DNA from: the human T2T-CHM13v2.0 reference genome, Homo sapiens
DNA length: 64,000 nt
Assembly (NCBI RefSeq): GCF_009914755.1
Contig: NC_060937.1
Direction: 5' to 3' (one strand)
In this document: positions 1 through 13,324 of the stretch, piece by piece
How the letters are laid out: every line of letters begins with the position of its first letter
Numbering within the stretch: position 1 is the first letter of the stretch
Made by a program: the position numbers and the translations under genes
Notes under the pieces: generated by a model
What the model was told of the DNA's origin: nothing
The model's database searches: none
What the model saw: the letters and a program-made list of their open reading frames with translations, nothing else

Positions 1-2555
1 AATTATTGTTAACTATAATCACCCTACTATGATGTAGAACACTAGCACTTATTCCTCCTCAGTGTAATTTATTTCCTTTAGCCAGCCTCTGTCTGTTTCC
101 CTGCCACATCCCCTGTTCAGCCTCTAGTAACCACTATCCTACTCTCTACTTCTAAGCGATTAATTTTTTGAAATTCCACGTACGAGTGAATACATGTAGC
201 ATTTATCTTCTTGTGCCTGGTTTATTTTGCTTAGCATAATGTCCACCAAGCTCATTCATGTTGCCACAAATTACAAGACATCTTTCTTTTTATGACTGGG
301 TATTATTCCATTGTGTATGTATACCACATTTTAAAAATCGTTTCATCTGTTGATGGACACTTAAGTTGATTGAATGTCTTGGCTGTTGTGAATAGTGCTG
401 CAATACTCATGGGGGTGCAGATATCTCTTTAATATACTGATTTCCCTTCATTTGTATATATACCCAGTAGTCAGATTAGTAAATCATATGTTAATACTAT
501 GTTTAGTTTTTTAAGAAACCTCCATACTGTTTTCCATACGGTTGTGCAAATTTACATTCCCCCCAATAGTATATAAGAGTTCCCTTTTCTCTGCATTATC
601 TGCAGCATTTTTGGGGGGACGGGGGGTCAGTCTTTTAGATAATAGCTATTCTAATGGGGGAGACATGACATCTCACTGTTGTTATGATTTGATTTGCATT
701 TCTCTGATGATTGGTGATATTTATAACGTTTTCTTATACTTGTTGGCCATTTATACGATTTCATTGAGAAATACCTATTTAGATTATTTGCCTATTTTCT
801 AATTGCATTATTTGTAGGTTTTTTTTTCCTGTTGAGATATTTAAGTTCCTTGTATATTCTGGATATTAATCCCTTGTCAAATGAATAGTTTGCAAATATT
901 TTCCCTCATTTTGCATATTGTCTCTGATGATTGTTTCCTTTGCTACACAGAGACTTTTTAGTTTGATATAATCACATTTTCATACTTTGATTTTTGTTGC
1001 CTATGCATTTGAGGTCTTATCCATGAAATCATTTGAGGTCTCATCCATGAAATCTTTTCCCACACCAATATCCTGAGGCATTTCTCCCATATTTTCTTCT
1101 AGAAGTTCTATAGTTTTAGGTCTTAACATTTAAGTCTTTAATTCATTTTTATTTGATATAAATTTTCCCTCTTTACTTGAGAGAAGAGGTCTAGTTTTAT
1201 TCTGCTACCTATGGATATCCAGTCTTCCCAACATCATTTTTTGAAAAGATTGTCCTTTCTTCACTGTGTGTTCTTGGTGCCTTTGCCAAAAATCAGTTAG
1301 CTGTAAATACGTGAATTTACTTCTGGGTTCTCTATTCTGTTCCTTTGCTCTGTATGTTTTTGTTTATGCCAGTATCATGCATGCTGTTTTATTTACTATA
1401 TAGCTTTATAGTATATTTGAAAGTCAGTTATTGTGATCACCAGATGTGTTCTTTTTGCTTAGAATTGTTTTGACTATTTGAAGTGTTGTGTGGTTCCATA
1501 CGAATTTCATGACTTTTTTTCTTACTTCTGTGAAAAATGTCATTGGTATTTTCAAAGGGATTGCCTTCAATCTATAGACCAGTTGGGTAATATGGTCATT
1601 TTAACAATATTAATTTTTCCAAACCATGAACAAGAGATCACTCTCCATTTTGTGTGTATTCTTTTCAATTTTCTGCATGAATGTTTTGTAATGTTTATTG
1701 TAGAGATCTTTAACTTCCTAGGTTAAATTGATTTCTGAGTATTTTTTGCAGCTATTGTAAATTGGATTGCTTTCTTGATTTTTTCCTGATATTTTGTTAT
1801 TGTTGTACAGAAATTCTCCTGATTTTGTATGTTGATTTTGTGCCCTCAACTTTACTGAACTCATTTATCTGTTCTAGGAATTTTTTGGAAGAATTTTTAG
1901 GTTTTTCTGTACAAAAGAACATGTCCGCTGGAAACAGGGACAATTTGACTACCTCCTTTTTAATTTAAACACTATTTATTTCTCTTCCCTAATTACTCTG
2001 GCTAAGACTTCGAGTACTATGTTGACTAAGAGTGGTGAAAATAAGAATTCTTTTGTTTTTCCAGTTCTTAGAGGAAAAGCTTTCAACTTTTCCCCATTAA
2101 GGATGATAGCTGTGGGTTTGCCATGTATTGTTGCAATATTCATGAGATTCATTCCTTCTATGCCTAATTTGAAGGATGCTGAATTTCATCAAATGCTTTT
2201 TCCATGTCTATTGAGATAATCATATGGTTTTTCTTCTTTATTCTTTTGATGTTATGTTTTATGTTTATTGATTTGCATATGTTAAACCATTCTTGCATCC
2301 CTGGGATAAATCAAACTTGATTATAACATATAATCCTTTTGATGTGGTGTTGGATTTAGTTTTCTAGTACTTTGTTAAGGATTTTTGCATCACGTTTACT
2401 GGGGATGTTAGCCTGTAGCTTCCTTTTTTTTGTTCTTATTTGGTTTTGTTTTCAGGGTTATAATAGCCTCCCAGAATAAGTTTGGAAGCATTTCCTCCCC
2501 TTCACGTTTTAGAATAGTTTGAGAATAGTTTCTAATTATTATTTAAAAGTTTTGT
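1..2555 (-). mobile_element. Old L1 (L1MA-type) 3' portion: 3' UTR and degraded ORF2
   Basis: T-rich antisense L1 sequence throughout (e.g. 'tattccattgtgtatgtataccacatttt', 'gtgaatagtgctgcaat', 'tttgcatttctctgatgattggtgat'); no intact ORF. Confidence 0.85.
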
Positions 2556-3280
2556 AGAGAAATGCAAATCAAAACCACAGTGAGATACCGTCTCATGCCA
2601 GTCAGAATGGCTAATATTAAAAAGTCAAAAAATAACAGATACTGGCTGTTGCAGAGAAAAGGAAATACTTATACACTGCTGGTGGGAATGTAAACCAGTT
2701 CAGCCACTGTGAAATCAATTTAATTTCTCAAAGAACGTAAAACAGAACTACCATTCAACCCAGCAATATCATTGCTGGGTATACACCCAAAGGAATATAA
2801 ATAATTCTACCACAAAAACACATGTACTCATACATTCATCACAGTACTATTCACAATAGAAAAGACATGAAATCAACCTAGATGCCCATCAACAGTGGAC
2901 TGGATAAATAAAATGTGATACATATACACCATGGAATAGTATGCAGCTATACAAAACAGTTAAATCTTGTTCTTTGCAGCAACATAGATGAAGCTTGAGG
3001 TCATTATCTTAAGTGAATTAATGCAAGAACAGAAAACCAAATACCCTATGTTCTCTCTTATAAGTGGGAGATAAACATTGAGTACACATGGACACAAAGT
3101 AAGTAGCAACAGACACGGGGCCCTACTTGAGTGTGGAGGGTGGGAGGAGGGTGAAGATAAAAAAACTGCATATTGAGTACTTGTGAAAAATATAATCTGT
3201 ACACTAAACACCTACAACACACAATTTACCTATGTAAGAAACCTACACATGTACCCTCTGAACCTAAAAGTTGAAAAAAG
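2556..3280 (+). mobile_element. 5'-truncated L1 (L1PB-type) 3' end
   Basis: 'agagaaatgcaaatcaaaaccacagtgagatacc' (ORF2 C-terminus) through 3' UTR ending 'gtaccctctgaacctaaaagttgaaaaaag'. Confidence 0.85.
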
Positions 3281-3334
3281 GTATATTTGTAGATAAATAT
3301 AGAGATGTTTGTAGACATACACATATACATGGAT

Positions 3335-4510
3335 TTGTAAGTATATGTAGACTGCTAGCTCTTTCTACTGAGACAGACTAAAAGTAGGGACATACCAGGA
3401 ACAATGAGCATATTTTGCACCTACATCTTAGTTTTTGAAGAAAAGAATCAAAGGCTCTTTTTATTGACGTTTGATTCTAAGGCTGAGGAAGGAACATACA
3501 TTATGACCCATAAAACAAGAAAGGTTAAAAAACACAGACAAGACGCAACTGGAAAGAGATTCTTATCCAAGGCTAAATAATTTGATCAACAAATTAAATG
3601 GCTAGAGTATTGGGTTATAACAAAAGTAACAAACATCTGTAATTTCTCCCCTTGTAAACAAATAATGGATTAAATTAGTGTGAGTAAAAGGAAAGACTTC
3701 TTTTCAGAAGATTTCCAAATAATAAATTTATAAACAATTAGAGAAAGAGAAACACCATCAGAACACCACAGTAACAACTGTTGTAGCCAATTCCAGTGAT
3801 TTCGTGGAATGGTGAGTAAAATTTTAAGACACAAAATACGTGCATAGCCTCAAAACATCTCTCCAAAAATAATTCTAATTAGTGTAGTGGTTTTAGCATC
3901 TGCCTCCAAATTATTTGATAATTCTCCCTTCAGGAGGTGGAGATTAATTTATTTCCCTTAAGTGTGATCTGAATTTATTAACTTGCTTCCAGAATGTAAG
4001 TATGGGAATGAAAAGTAGTAACTATGTTATGGCACACGTCACCTTAACTAGTAGATCAAGATTAATGTCACCAAGTTTAAGTCATGTTGACAGCATGTTG
4101 ACGTTACATATGATGTGATGAAGTCACCTATGGTACTCTTCCTCAAATCTGTAACCTTAATATACATTAAATAAACACAATTCAATGGGCAATCTACAAA
4201 ATACCTGGGCAGAAATCTTCAAACGATTCAAGGTCATAAAAACAATAAAAGGGTATGAAAAACTGTTACAGGTTGGAGGTGACTGAGATGGCATGTCAGT
4301 AAAATGCAAAGTAGTGTCCTAGATTTGATCCTGAAATTGAATAAACACCAGTAAAAAGTGTGGGGATATCCAAATGCTGCCTGTACTTTGCTGTTCTTTG
4401 ATTATACAAGGTGTTAACATCAAGGGAAGCTGGGTAAAGTGTACAGAAAATTCTGTATTATATTTTTACATCTTCTATAGATCAAAAATTATTTCAAAGT
4501 AAGTAATTTT
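3335..4510 (+). mobile_element. Ancient L1 (L1MC/L1MD-type) 3' UTR fragments
   Basis: Recognisable old L1M 3' motifs, e.g. 'gttaacatcaagggaagctgggtaaagtgtacagaaaattctgtattatattttt'; boundaries approximate. Confidence 0.6.
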
Positions 4511-5005
4511 GAAACAGCATGTATACACGTACTTTTTTGAGCTAAATTACACTTAATTTACACTTTTCCATACTTAAATTCATAATTAAAGAGTCAGCAC
4601 TTATTGAAACTTACAAAAATGTCTTTTCATTAGATTTTAAATATGCTTTGATTTTCCTTATTTAAATAAAAATTTTCTGTAATGCAAAAAGATATTTCCT
4701 TTAATAGTGCTATTTTAATTTTTAGACTAAGGTGCATCCAGCAGAAAATCTTTATTACATAAAATTATGGGATGATTCCTAATACTACCTGGAGTAATCA
4801 GACTTTGCACCAATGTTTTATATTTACACAATAATACAAATTACTGTAGAGGGCAGACATTTTTTTTTTTAAAGAGCAGAACCTTCGCTTTTGAAGAAAT
4901 GCAGAAAGAGGTAACAATGAAAGGTGGTTTCTGAAATCCCTTCTATCAAGATATTGTATAATACACCTTCTAAAATGAAACATTTCTGGGAGTAAAAGGG
5001 AAAAC

Positions 5006-6061
5006 TGACACAGGAGTCTTTCAGTGCCGCTTCACCAGCCAGAAATCTCTGCAGCCAGTGGCACCCCTGCTTGGGCTTTGCTCGGTTATGGGCTCGCCAC
5101 TGGGCTCACTCCACCCACTTGGCCTGGTGGACTGCACTCAGCTTGCTCCCGGCCCTGATCCTGTACTCAGATGTAGCCCACGGCTGAACCTGGCGTGCTG
5201 CGACCTGCTTCCACCTTGGGCGCTGGAGGCTGGTTAAGAGGAATGTGGTGACACCCAAAAACTTGGAGATGTCAGCAACCGTGGAACCCCAAGAGGTGTT
5301 ATGGCTCTCACTTGAGGAGTCCTAAGGTCTGAGCCCCCAAGGACTGTTGCAGCTCTCTCTCCTTCCTGCCACCTGCAGTGTGGCGAATGGTGGGGGGTAT
5401 GTTACAGCTCATTTGTGTGACAGCTCATGTTTGTTCCCACTGCCTGCAGCACAGTGAATAGGGGCATGCTGTAGCTCTGACTCGGAGAGTCTCCAGGTCT
5501 GGGCCCACAAAAGGGTCACAGCTTTTCACTCCCACAGTTCAGTGAATGGGAGCATGTGGTACCCAGAGGCTTTTTCTCCCCCATTGTTCAGTGAGTGGGA
5601 GGGAGGGTTACGATGTTAACAGCTTTTGCACCTGCCATTCAGCAGGTTTCGGGCTCTTGTCTTGTGTCCAGGAGGAATGAGGTATGCGGACACCAGAGAG
5701 TGAGCAAGGAGATGAAGAATTGTATTAAGTGACAGAAAAGGTCTCCACAATGAGAGGAGACCCTAACTGGGTAGCCCTCTCTGTGAGAGGGGCTTGAAAG
5801 CAGGAAGCTCAACGTGTGGCTGAGTCTGGGGATTTTTATGTGCTCAGAATGGGGGCGAGGCTGCTGATTGGTCCATGGGTGGGCCTAGATAAAGCACCAT
5901 TTGAATGGCTAAAAAGCATCAAGGAAGTTTTCCCTCTGGGCGTGGACTCTACCTGGAACTGGTAGCTCAGTTTTCAGGCTTTAAATTGTCTTTGGTTTGA
6001 AGGTCTGGTTTCACGGGGACCCACCCCTATCAGCCTAGAAATTTCTCTCCTGTCATTATCA
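5006..6061 (-). mobile_element. Solo ERV1 LTR, LTR28/MER52-group-like
   Basis: 1056-bp GC-richer block with TGA...TCA termini and a 4-bp TSD 'aaac' (5002-5005, 6062-6065); minus strand begins 'tgataatgacaggagagaaatttctaggctgataggggtgggtccccg'. Confidence 0.75.
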
Positions 6062-6791
6062 AAACTATCAATTATCTTAACATCAGGCATAAAGCTAGAC
6101 TATCTCAGGCAGACTAAATAATATATCTCACAATTTTCATAACAAAACATAATTTTTAATTGCTTGCTTTCTTTAACCTGATCTAGAAGATAATGTAACC
6201 CCAAGTAAACTTTTGAATTATTAGGTATATATATTCCATTTTATATAAGTCTATTTCACAGAACATTAGGCTCAACACATATAACATTTTATACATATTA
6301 ATATAATATGTATACATATATTTCTATATACATTATATATGTAGATATATATTTCTGTATACATTATGTAGAGTGAGAAAGAGAAAGAGAATAACCAGGG
6401 TATTCAAAGTTAACTTGCCTCTTTTTTCATCAGTCTTTAGAATTAAAAAAAAAAACTTGATTTCTGAAATCAACATTTACATACATTATAAAAGTGATTA
6501 GAAAAGAAATATTATAAAATAAAAAAGGCAAAATGTTTTGTAGAAACTGAAAATAAAATATTGGACAAAATATTGAATTAGAGATGATATAATGAAGTTG
6601 AACTGGAAACAGCAAATTGATGTAAGTGGAAGGGCCTTCAGAAGTAAGCCCGGAGGTCAATATATGCCAACATCATGCTTGTTGACTTTGTTAGAACTGA
6701 CATTCTCACCAGTTTGATACTTGCGGGTACGTAACAAAGGTGCAGAATACAATAATGTAGGTTTTATTTTAAAAATAAAGAAAATTTGTTG

Positions 6792-7200
6792 CCCCCTCAA
6801 CGGCGCGGAGACCAGGGGCGACACGCGGCCCAGGGCTGGCAAGTTCAGGGCGGGCGGCTGGGGACTGACGCGTGGCGGTGGGATGTGAGGTGGGGGCGGG
6901 ACCTGGCCTGGTGCCTGGAGGGGAGGAGTCCAGGCGGCGCCTCGGACTTTTGCTCCCACAAGCCCTGCCTCGAAGGCGGGGAAGCTGGGCCAGGAGCAGC
7001 CCAGAGCGTCTGAGTTGCCGCCCAGCCAGGGCTCCTGCGCTCCCCAGAACGGTGGGACGCGGGGGTCGGCAGCCTCCAGCTGAACATGGCGCCCTGGACG
7101 CTGTCTCGCTGCTGCCACTGCGTCATGGGCTGGGTGCCGGTGCTCCTCATCACCTTCGTGGTCATCTGGTCCTACTACGCGTACGTGGTGGAGCTGTGCG
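6792..7200 (+). promoter_or_regulatory. CpG/GC-rich island imported with the retrocopy 5' UTR and first coding exon; GC boxes
   Basis: Abrupt GC-rich, CpG-rich segment in an AT-rich background; 'gggcgg' motifs near 6848 and 6894; activity not demonstrable from sequence. Confidence 0.45.
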
Positions 7201-8154
7201 TGTTTACTATTTTTGGAAATGAAGAAAATGGAAAGACCGTGTTTTACCTTGTGGCTTTCCCTCTGTTTTTTTTATGTTTGTATGGTCCTATTGGATGACA
7301 ATTTTCACATCTCCTGCTTCCCCCTCCAAAGAATTCTACTTGTCCAATTCTGAAAAGGAACGTTATGGAAAAGAATTCAGCCAAGAAAGACAACAAGAAA
7401 TTTTGAGAAGAGCAGCAAGAGCTTTACCTATCTGTACCACGCCAGTTTCAAAAACTATCAGATATTGTGAAAAATGTCAGCTGATTAAACCTGATCGGGC
7501 GCATCACTGCTCAACATGTGACTCATGTATTCTTAAGATGGATCATCACTGTCCTTGGGTGAATAACTGTGTGGGATTTTCTAATTACAAATTCTTCCTG
7601 CTGTTTTTATTGTATTCCCTATTATATTGCCTTTTCGTGGCTGCCTACAGTTTTAGAGTACTTTATAAAATTTTGGACGAATGAACTGACAGATACGCGT
7701 GCAAAATTCCACGTACTTTTTCTTTTCTTTGTGTCTGCAATGTTCTTCATCAGCGTCCTCTCACTTTTCAGCTACCACTGCTGGCTAGTTGGAAAAAATA
7801 GGACAACAATAGAATCATTCTCTGCACCCACATTTTCATGTGGACCTGATGGAAATGGTTTCTCTCTTAGATACAATAAAAATTGGAGACAAGTCTTTGG
7901 TGATGAAAAGAAATATTGGCTACTTTCAATATTTTCAAGCTTGGGTGATGGTTGCAGTTTCCAACTCGCCTTGTAGGGATGGGTCCAGAACAAGCTTCTG
8001 TTACAAACCAGAATGAGTATGCCAGAAGTGGCTCAAATCAGCCTTTTCCTTTCAAACCACTTAGTGAATCCAAAAAACTCTTGTTGGACAGTGAATTTTC
8101 ACTCAGTGGCTAGAGAATAGAGCTGAAGAAGGCATCGTCATACCAGGTGTATGA
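7086..8154 (+). pseudogene. ZDHHC20P: Disrupted ZDHHC20 coding region (DHHC palmitoyltransferase)
   Basis: ATG at 7086; protein split over ORFs 7086-7298, 7274-7684 and 7569-7976 by frameshifts near 7266-7273, ~7645 and ~7958; DHHC codons intact at 7541-7552; ends EEGIVIPGV* with TGA at 8152-8154. Confidence 0.93.
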
Positions 8155-9648
8155 AAACATTATAGACTGATGTTTTCAATTTCATTTGCAAGAAAATGAT
8201 CAATGGAATGAAATAATTGAAGTATAACAGAAGACATTTTTTTAAAAAAGAAAGCCTTTGTACAGTTCCTGGGATCCACAGAAGCACTACTCCAGAGCAG
8301 GACGATGCCTTAATCTTAAGTGTCCATTTGTGCAGCATTGACTTAGAGCTACAAAAGTGACTTAATGTTATTCTGGAAATAACTCTTACCTGTTATGAGA
8401 TGCTATAATGAGCTATCATCACATTTTAACATGTAAATGTATTTTTCAATACCTGAATTACATTATTAGCATTGTGAGTATCCATGTAAATTTTCACTCC
8501 AAAAACACAAGCTTAAAAACTTGTCTTAAGTACATCTAGGGCAAATGATGACTGAAAGTGAATAATATCCAAATTACCATTGCTTGTACTGTATAAGGAA
8601 AACTGCTTTTTTAAATTGGGCATTTGCTAATTTATAATTACTATTTTGTACTTTTCAACATTTTAAATCACATTTTTATTGTTGGCTGTAACAGAAGGAT
8701 TCAGATATCTAAACATCATTTAGAACATAGAACACTTTGGTCTAATGCATTGAAAGCTTAGTTATAAGCAGTAATACAACCATGTAGCGGAGCATGTACT
8801 CAAGGCTTAAAGGGAACTCGGCAGTGTAAGAAATATTTTGGGTTCTCTCTGCTTTTTTATGACTTTTTTGGTTGAAATTTCAGGGGTATGTCCATGGGCA
8901 GAGAAACACAGAGGTACATGTGCTGGAGAAATACTGGACACAGTAGGAAGAGGTGTAAGTGTTCAGAAGAAAAGCTAAGAGGAATGTTGTCATCTGTTAA
9001 AATAATAGTTTGAGTTTTAATGGTAGTTAGAATAAAGAATGCTGTTGACGTGACTTTCAAATTTCAGTGTAGGTAATGACCAAAAATTACTTTGAAACTT
9101 TTAGAGTAATTCTGTAACAGCTTAAACGTGACTTAAAATGCAATTCAAACTAGGCAAAAAAAAAAAAAAGAAAAAAAAAAACTTTAGGATAAGTTTTCCT
9201 CCTGGCTGTCAGTTAGTTATTCTAACCCGAGTGGTCATTTAACATCCCGTCTCTGAGAAGTGGATTCTATCCACTCTTAGATGCACAATCTTAAATCTGA
9301 CTTCCTAAAAGCAACCCCTTTAGGACTCCTTTTTCCTTGTAAAATCTAATCTAAGTGACAGGAGTTGTCGCATCAACTCCAAAGAAAAGTACAGAATAAG
9401 CAATGTAGAAATGTTACTCCTCATTTATACTTTTTAGTCAGACACATACGTACTCCAAAATAATTGATTGCTTTCAGTTAGTGGGTGGAGATGAATCTCA
9501 GTAGCATCTGTGAGTACTCCAGGTTGGAGTTTCTTGTCTGTAAAATGGGACTGCAGGGGAAGGGTGTGTTATGAATGAGTTGGACTGGATGACTTCTAAC
9601 ATTCTGTGATGCCTAATTTTGCAGAATCACTTTTCATTCACCCAATAA

Positions 9649-9952
9649 TTTTTTTTTTTTTTTTTTTTTTTTGACAGAGTCTTGCTCTGTCTCCCGGCCT
9701 GGAGTGCAGTGGCTGGGTCTTGGGTCGCTGTGGTCTCCGCCTCCTGGGTTTGAGAGATTCTCCTGCCTCGGCTTCCCGAGTTGCTGGGATTGCCCGCTCA
9801 TGCCACCACGCCCAACTAATTTTTATATTTTTGGTAGAGACAAGATTTTGCCGTGTTGGCCGGGCTGGTCTGGAACTCTTGGCATCGGGTGGTCCACTCG
9901 CCTCGGCCTCCCATGGTGCTGGGATTGCAGGTGTGAGCCACCACGCCCAGCC
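9649..9952 (-). mobile_element. AluS (antisense) within the pseudogene 3' UTR, heavily A>G substituted on the + strand
   Basis: Poly-T at 9649-9672 then a full antisense Alu ending 'ccaccacgcccagcc'; 17 A>G differences from AluS consensus by manual alignment. Confidence 0.95.
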
Positions 9953-10268
9953 CCAATACATTTTTTTGGAGTACCTTCTATATGCTAAACAATACAGAGG
10001 GATAGCTCTATTATTTCCTAGTACAGCAAAAATTTTATGGTTGCTACTTTAGGTTTATAATTTGTAAGATTGGTCTAATTTCCATCAGCCATACTAATGT
10101 TAGATTTTAAAAGGAGGTAATTTTTTTTCTCTTTGAACCAAAGGAATGAATTAACTTTGAAAACATAGTTTGGAATACTATAGAATGGATTCTTCTACCT
10201 TTGTTTCAACTCCTTAGTCTTAATCTCGAGTCTAGCAAACTAGAATGAGAGTTAAGAGATACCAATTA

Positions 10269-10586
<318 letters not shown>

Positions 10587-12250
10587 TTACCAACTAAACA
10601 CATAACTTCAGTTTGGCGGTTTGCATATTATAAGGAGATAAATATTTAAACATACTTGACTACTTTCAGAAATGTTCTTCTGTACTTTTTGTGAGTATTT
10701 CTACGATCAGATCAAAAGAGCTGCATGCACCTGGCTAACAGCCAAGGAAGCTTCATTTTTTTTTCTTCACTATTATGCACTTTTGTGGTATTGTAGTCTT
10801 TCTCAATTCTTTTTGTTATTTAACAGCATCTTTAATAGCACAGCCAATATCTTTTAGGAAATTTTCAGTTAGAGCCTTTGAATTATTTATTTTTTATTTA
10901 ATTTACAGCCAGCATTTTGTCACATTCTAAATAATATTTAGCTGAACTTATTCATACGTATTAATGACCATTCTATCAAGGGTCTATAAGTGGTGTGGGA
11001 AACAGGTAAAGGTTGCCTCTTTGTTATCTCAATTGGTATTGATTATTGCTATCAACTATTTGGGGAGAAAAATAAAAATGAAGCCCTGTAAAATTTTATA
11101 AGTACTATCTTTGGTCCCTCAAACATTGGAACATTTGTGATGACACTTAAGAAAAATAAAGTTGAAGTTCAGGTCTTGCCATTGCCATTAAAAACAAATT
11201 AGAGGGGAGACTTGGTTTACCTGGGAACAAATTTACTGAAATATTTAGTACCTGAAACTATGCCAAACCAAAGAGCAGCTGCAGAACATTAGTTATTTTA
11301 AGTGAACAAGTTTACAAAGTTTATTTTCATCTTTACATACGAATGATTTTTTAAAAACTATTTTTACCTATTAGTGGTTATGAGTCAATGTGTCATGAGT
11401 GAATTTAACTGTAAGGTGGTTTAAATCAATATGCAATGTTTCCTTGAATTGTATTTCTATTGGAAAGCAGATTTTGACTATGTTTGCAGAACTGTTTAAA
11501 TTAAGGATTACCAGGCATGTGAGATCTCTTTCAGTTATCTTTAAAGCAGATGTAGATTAAGGGCTTAGATTTAGGATCTACATATTCTGGGCATTGAATA
11601 GCAGTAACTTACAAATAAGTTTTGTTTACCTCTTGTTCTAGGGACTAGCACTGCTATCAGTGGAAAGTATTTTTAATTAATCTGTTACTAAGAAAGTCAT
11701 ATTTTTGCATTTCAGCCAAAATAAAGACTGTATCTAATAGTCTGTTAGAAACAGATAATATATGTCTGAAATCCATATGTTTCATATGATCTAAACTGTA
11801 TTTTCTGATTTAAATTAAAAATATAGATTCAGAAAGGTTCACTATTTTCTAATGACTTCATTCTATATTTTTTTGGGTTGCATAAAGAAGTAAGGAATTG
11901 TACTTTTTGTATTAAAAGATAAAGAAAGCTATTAGGTATATTTGTACATGAGTGCAAATGAGTCTATGCCTGTTTAAAAGAAAAGATGGACATTATTTTA
12001 ACGTGAGCTTTAATACACTGATATAAACAAACTTGAAGTACAGTTTAGTTTGGTTGTGTTTACCTAACAAGTACCATAAGCCTTGTATTTGTTCTCATTT
12101 GTATAATCCTAGCCCATGACTTAATGTTGATGCTTTGCTTTGTCTTTTGGATGGCCTAACCTACATTAACATGTACGCAGAACATTTTGGATTTTTTTTT
12201 CAAAAATAATAATGAATTACTTTATCAATAAACAAATAAATATTTTTAAA

Positions 12251-12445
12251 AAAGAAAATTTGTTGACAAAACTGGCTTACTGATTTTCTGTGAAACCAAA
12301 ATCTTTGGACCGCTACATCTTGCTCTGACTAAGAGTGACAAGATTAAAAAAAAAAAAAGAATATTTGTTGACAAAACTGACTTACTGATTTTCTGTGAAA
12401 CCAAAATGTTCGGACGGCTACAGCTTGCTCTGACTGAGAGTGACA
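12251..12445 (+). repeat. Two 90-bp direct repeats separated by 'agatt' and an A-run
   Basis: 12251-12340 vs 12356-12445, 7 mismatches; each unit begins with the pseudogene TSD sequence. Confidence 0.9.
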
Positions 12446-13324
12446 CTAATCACCTTGGGTTTTGTAAAAGAGCAAGTTGAAATCAAAACACTGAGTGTCT
12501 GAATTTGTCCTACACAGATTTATGGATTGTTTTTTATTTTTAAGACTAAATATTATATATTGTTGATTTTACTTAAGAAAAAAGTCACTTTATGATTTAA
12601 TCCCACAAATAAATGCATATCTGTTACTGAAGGCAAAAGCTAAAGTATCATTAGTTATTCTCAAAATTAAAAATAAATTGTCAATTTCTAAATAATGACA
12701 GTAGTCCATATAATGTTTCCTTTCTATTTTTCACTTCATCCTCTGACAATGAATGAAAAAGAAGACAGCTTTAGAAATATAGGACAAGGATTTTCTGTTG
12801 ACGAAACAGGAAAGTTCTACAAAGGGACTGTCATTTGTGGCTCTAGGGCAGAAAATATGTAACAAAGAACACAACCTAATATATAAACATATGAAGTTTA
12901 ACCCTAAGGCAGCTGTTTGTCCCATCCTTATTTAAGTTCATTCATTGACATATCTTAGCAAACCTATTTCAAAAGCACCTGATATTTACTCACATACTGT
13001 GTGAGATTTCTTCTGGCATCTCTGTATCACAGAAATTTCTTACTATTTTGGACCTTCTTTTTAAGCTAGTGATTCTAATTAGAAGAATGTGAGCATGCAC
13101 ATGTAACGGAGAATGAGGCTAGTAGCAGAGCAGAATAAGCCTACATGTTGTTATAGCTATTGTGGCAAGAGCAAAAGAGAACAACAAAAAAATGCCACAT
13201 TTCTTTGAATAAATGCTTTGACTTAACAATAATGTATGCATACCTTCATAAACTTACATATATTTATTAGCTAGCTGAAAACTTGGCCAAGTCTCTGAGA
13301 AGAATTTGATGAAGATAATGGATT

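Noticed and set aside
1-3280. Single twin-primed L1
   Set aside because: Both arms contain the same ORF2 C-terminal region and have different 3' UTR types, so they are two independent elements.
6657-7222. Overlapping 75-153 aa ORFs on both strands
   Set aside because: By-product of the GC-rich retrocopied 5' UTR, where stops are rare; no recognisable domains.
7086-7976. Functional ZDHHC20 retrogene
   Set aside because: At least three frameshifts split the protein; the DHHC-containing ORF (7274-7684) lacks most transmembrane helices and the C-terminal motifs.
9157-9180. A-run as the pseudogene's poly(A) end
   Set aside because: Not followed by the TSD; UTR-like sequence continues to the TSD at 12251.
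12251-12445. CRISPR-like or RNA-gene repeat
   Set aside because: Only two 90-bp units in primate DNA, with no spacer architecture or recognisable RNA family.
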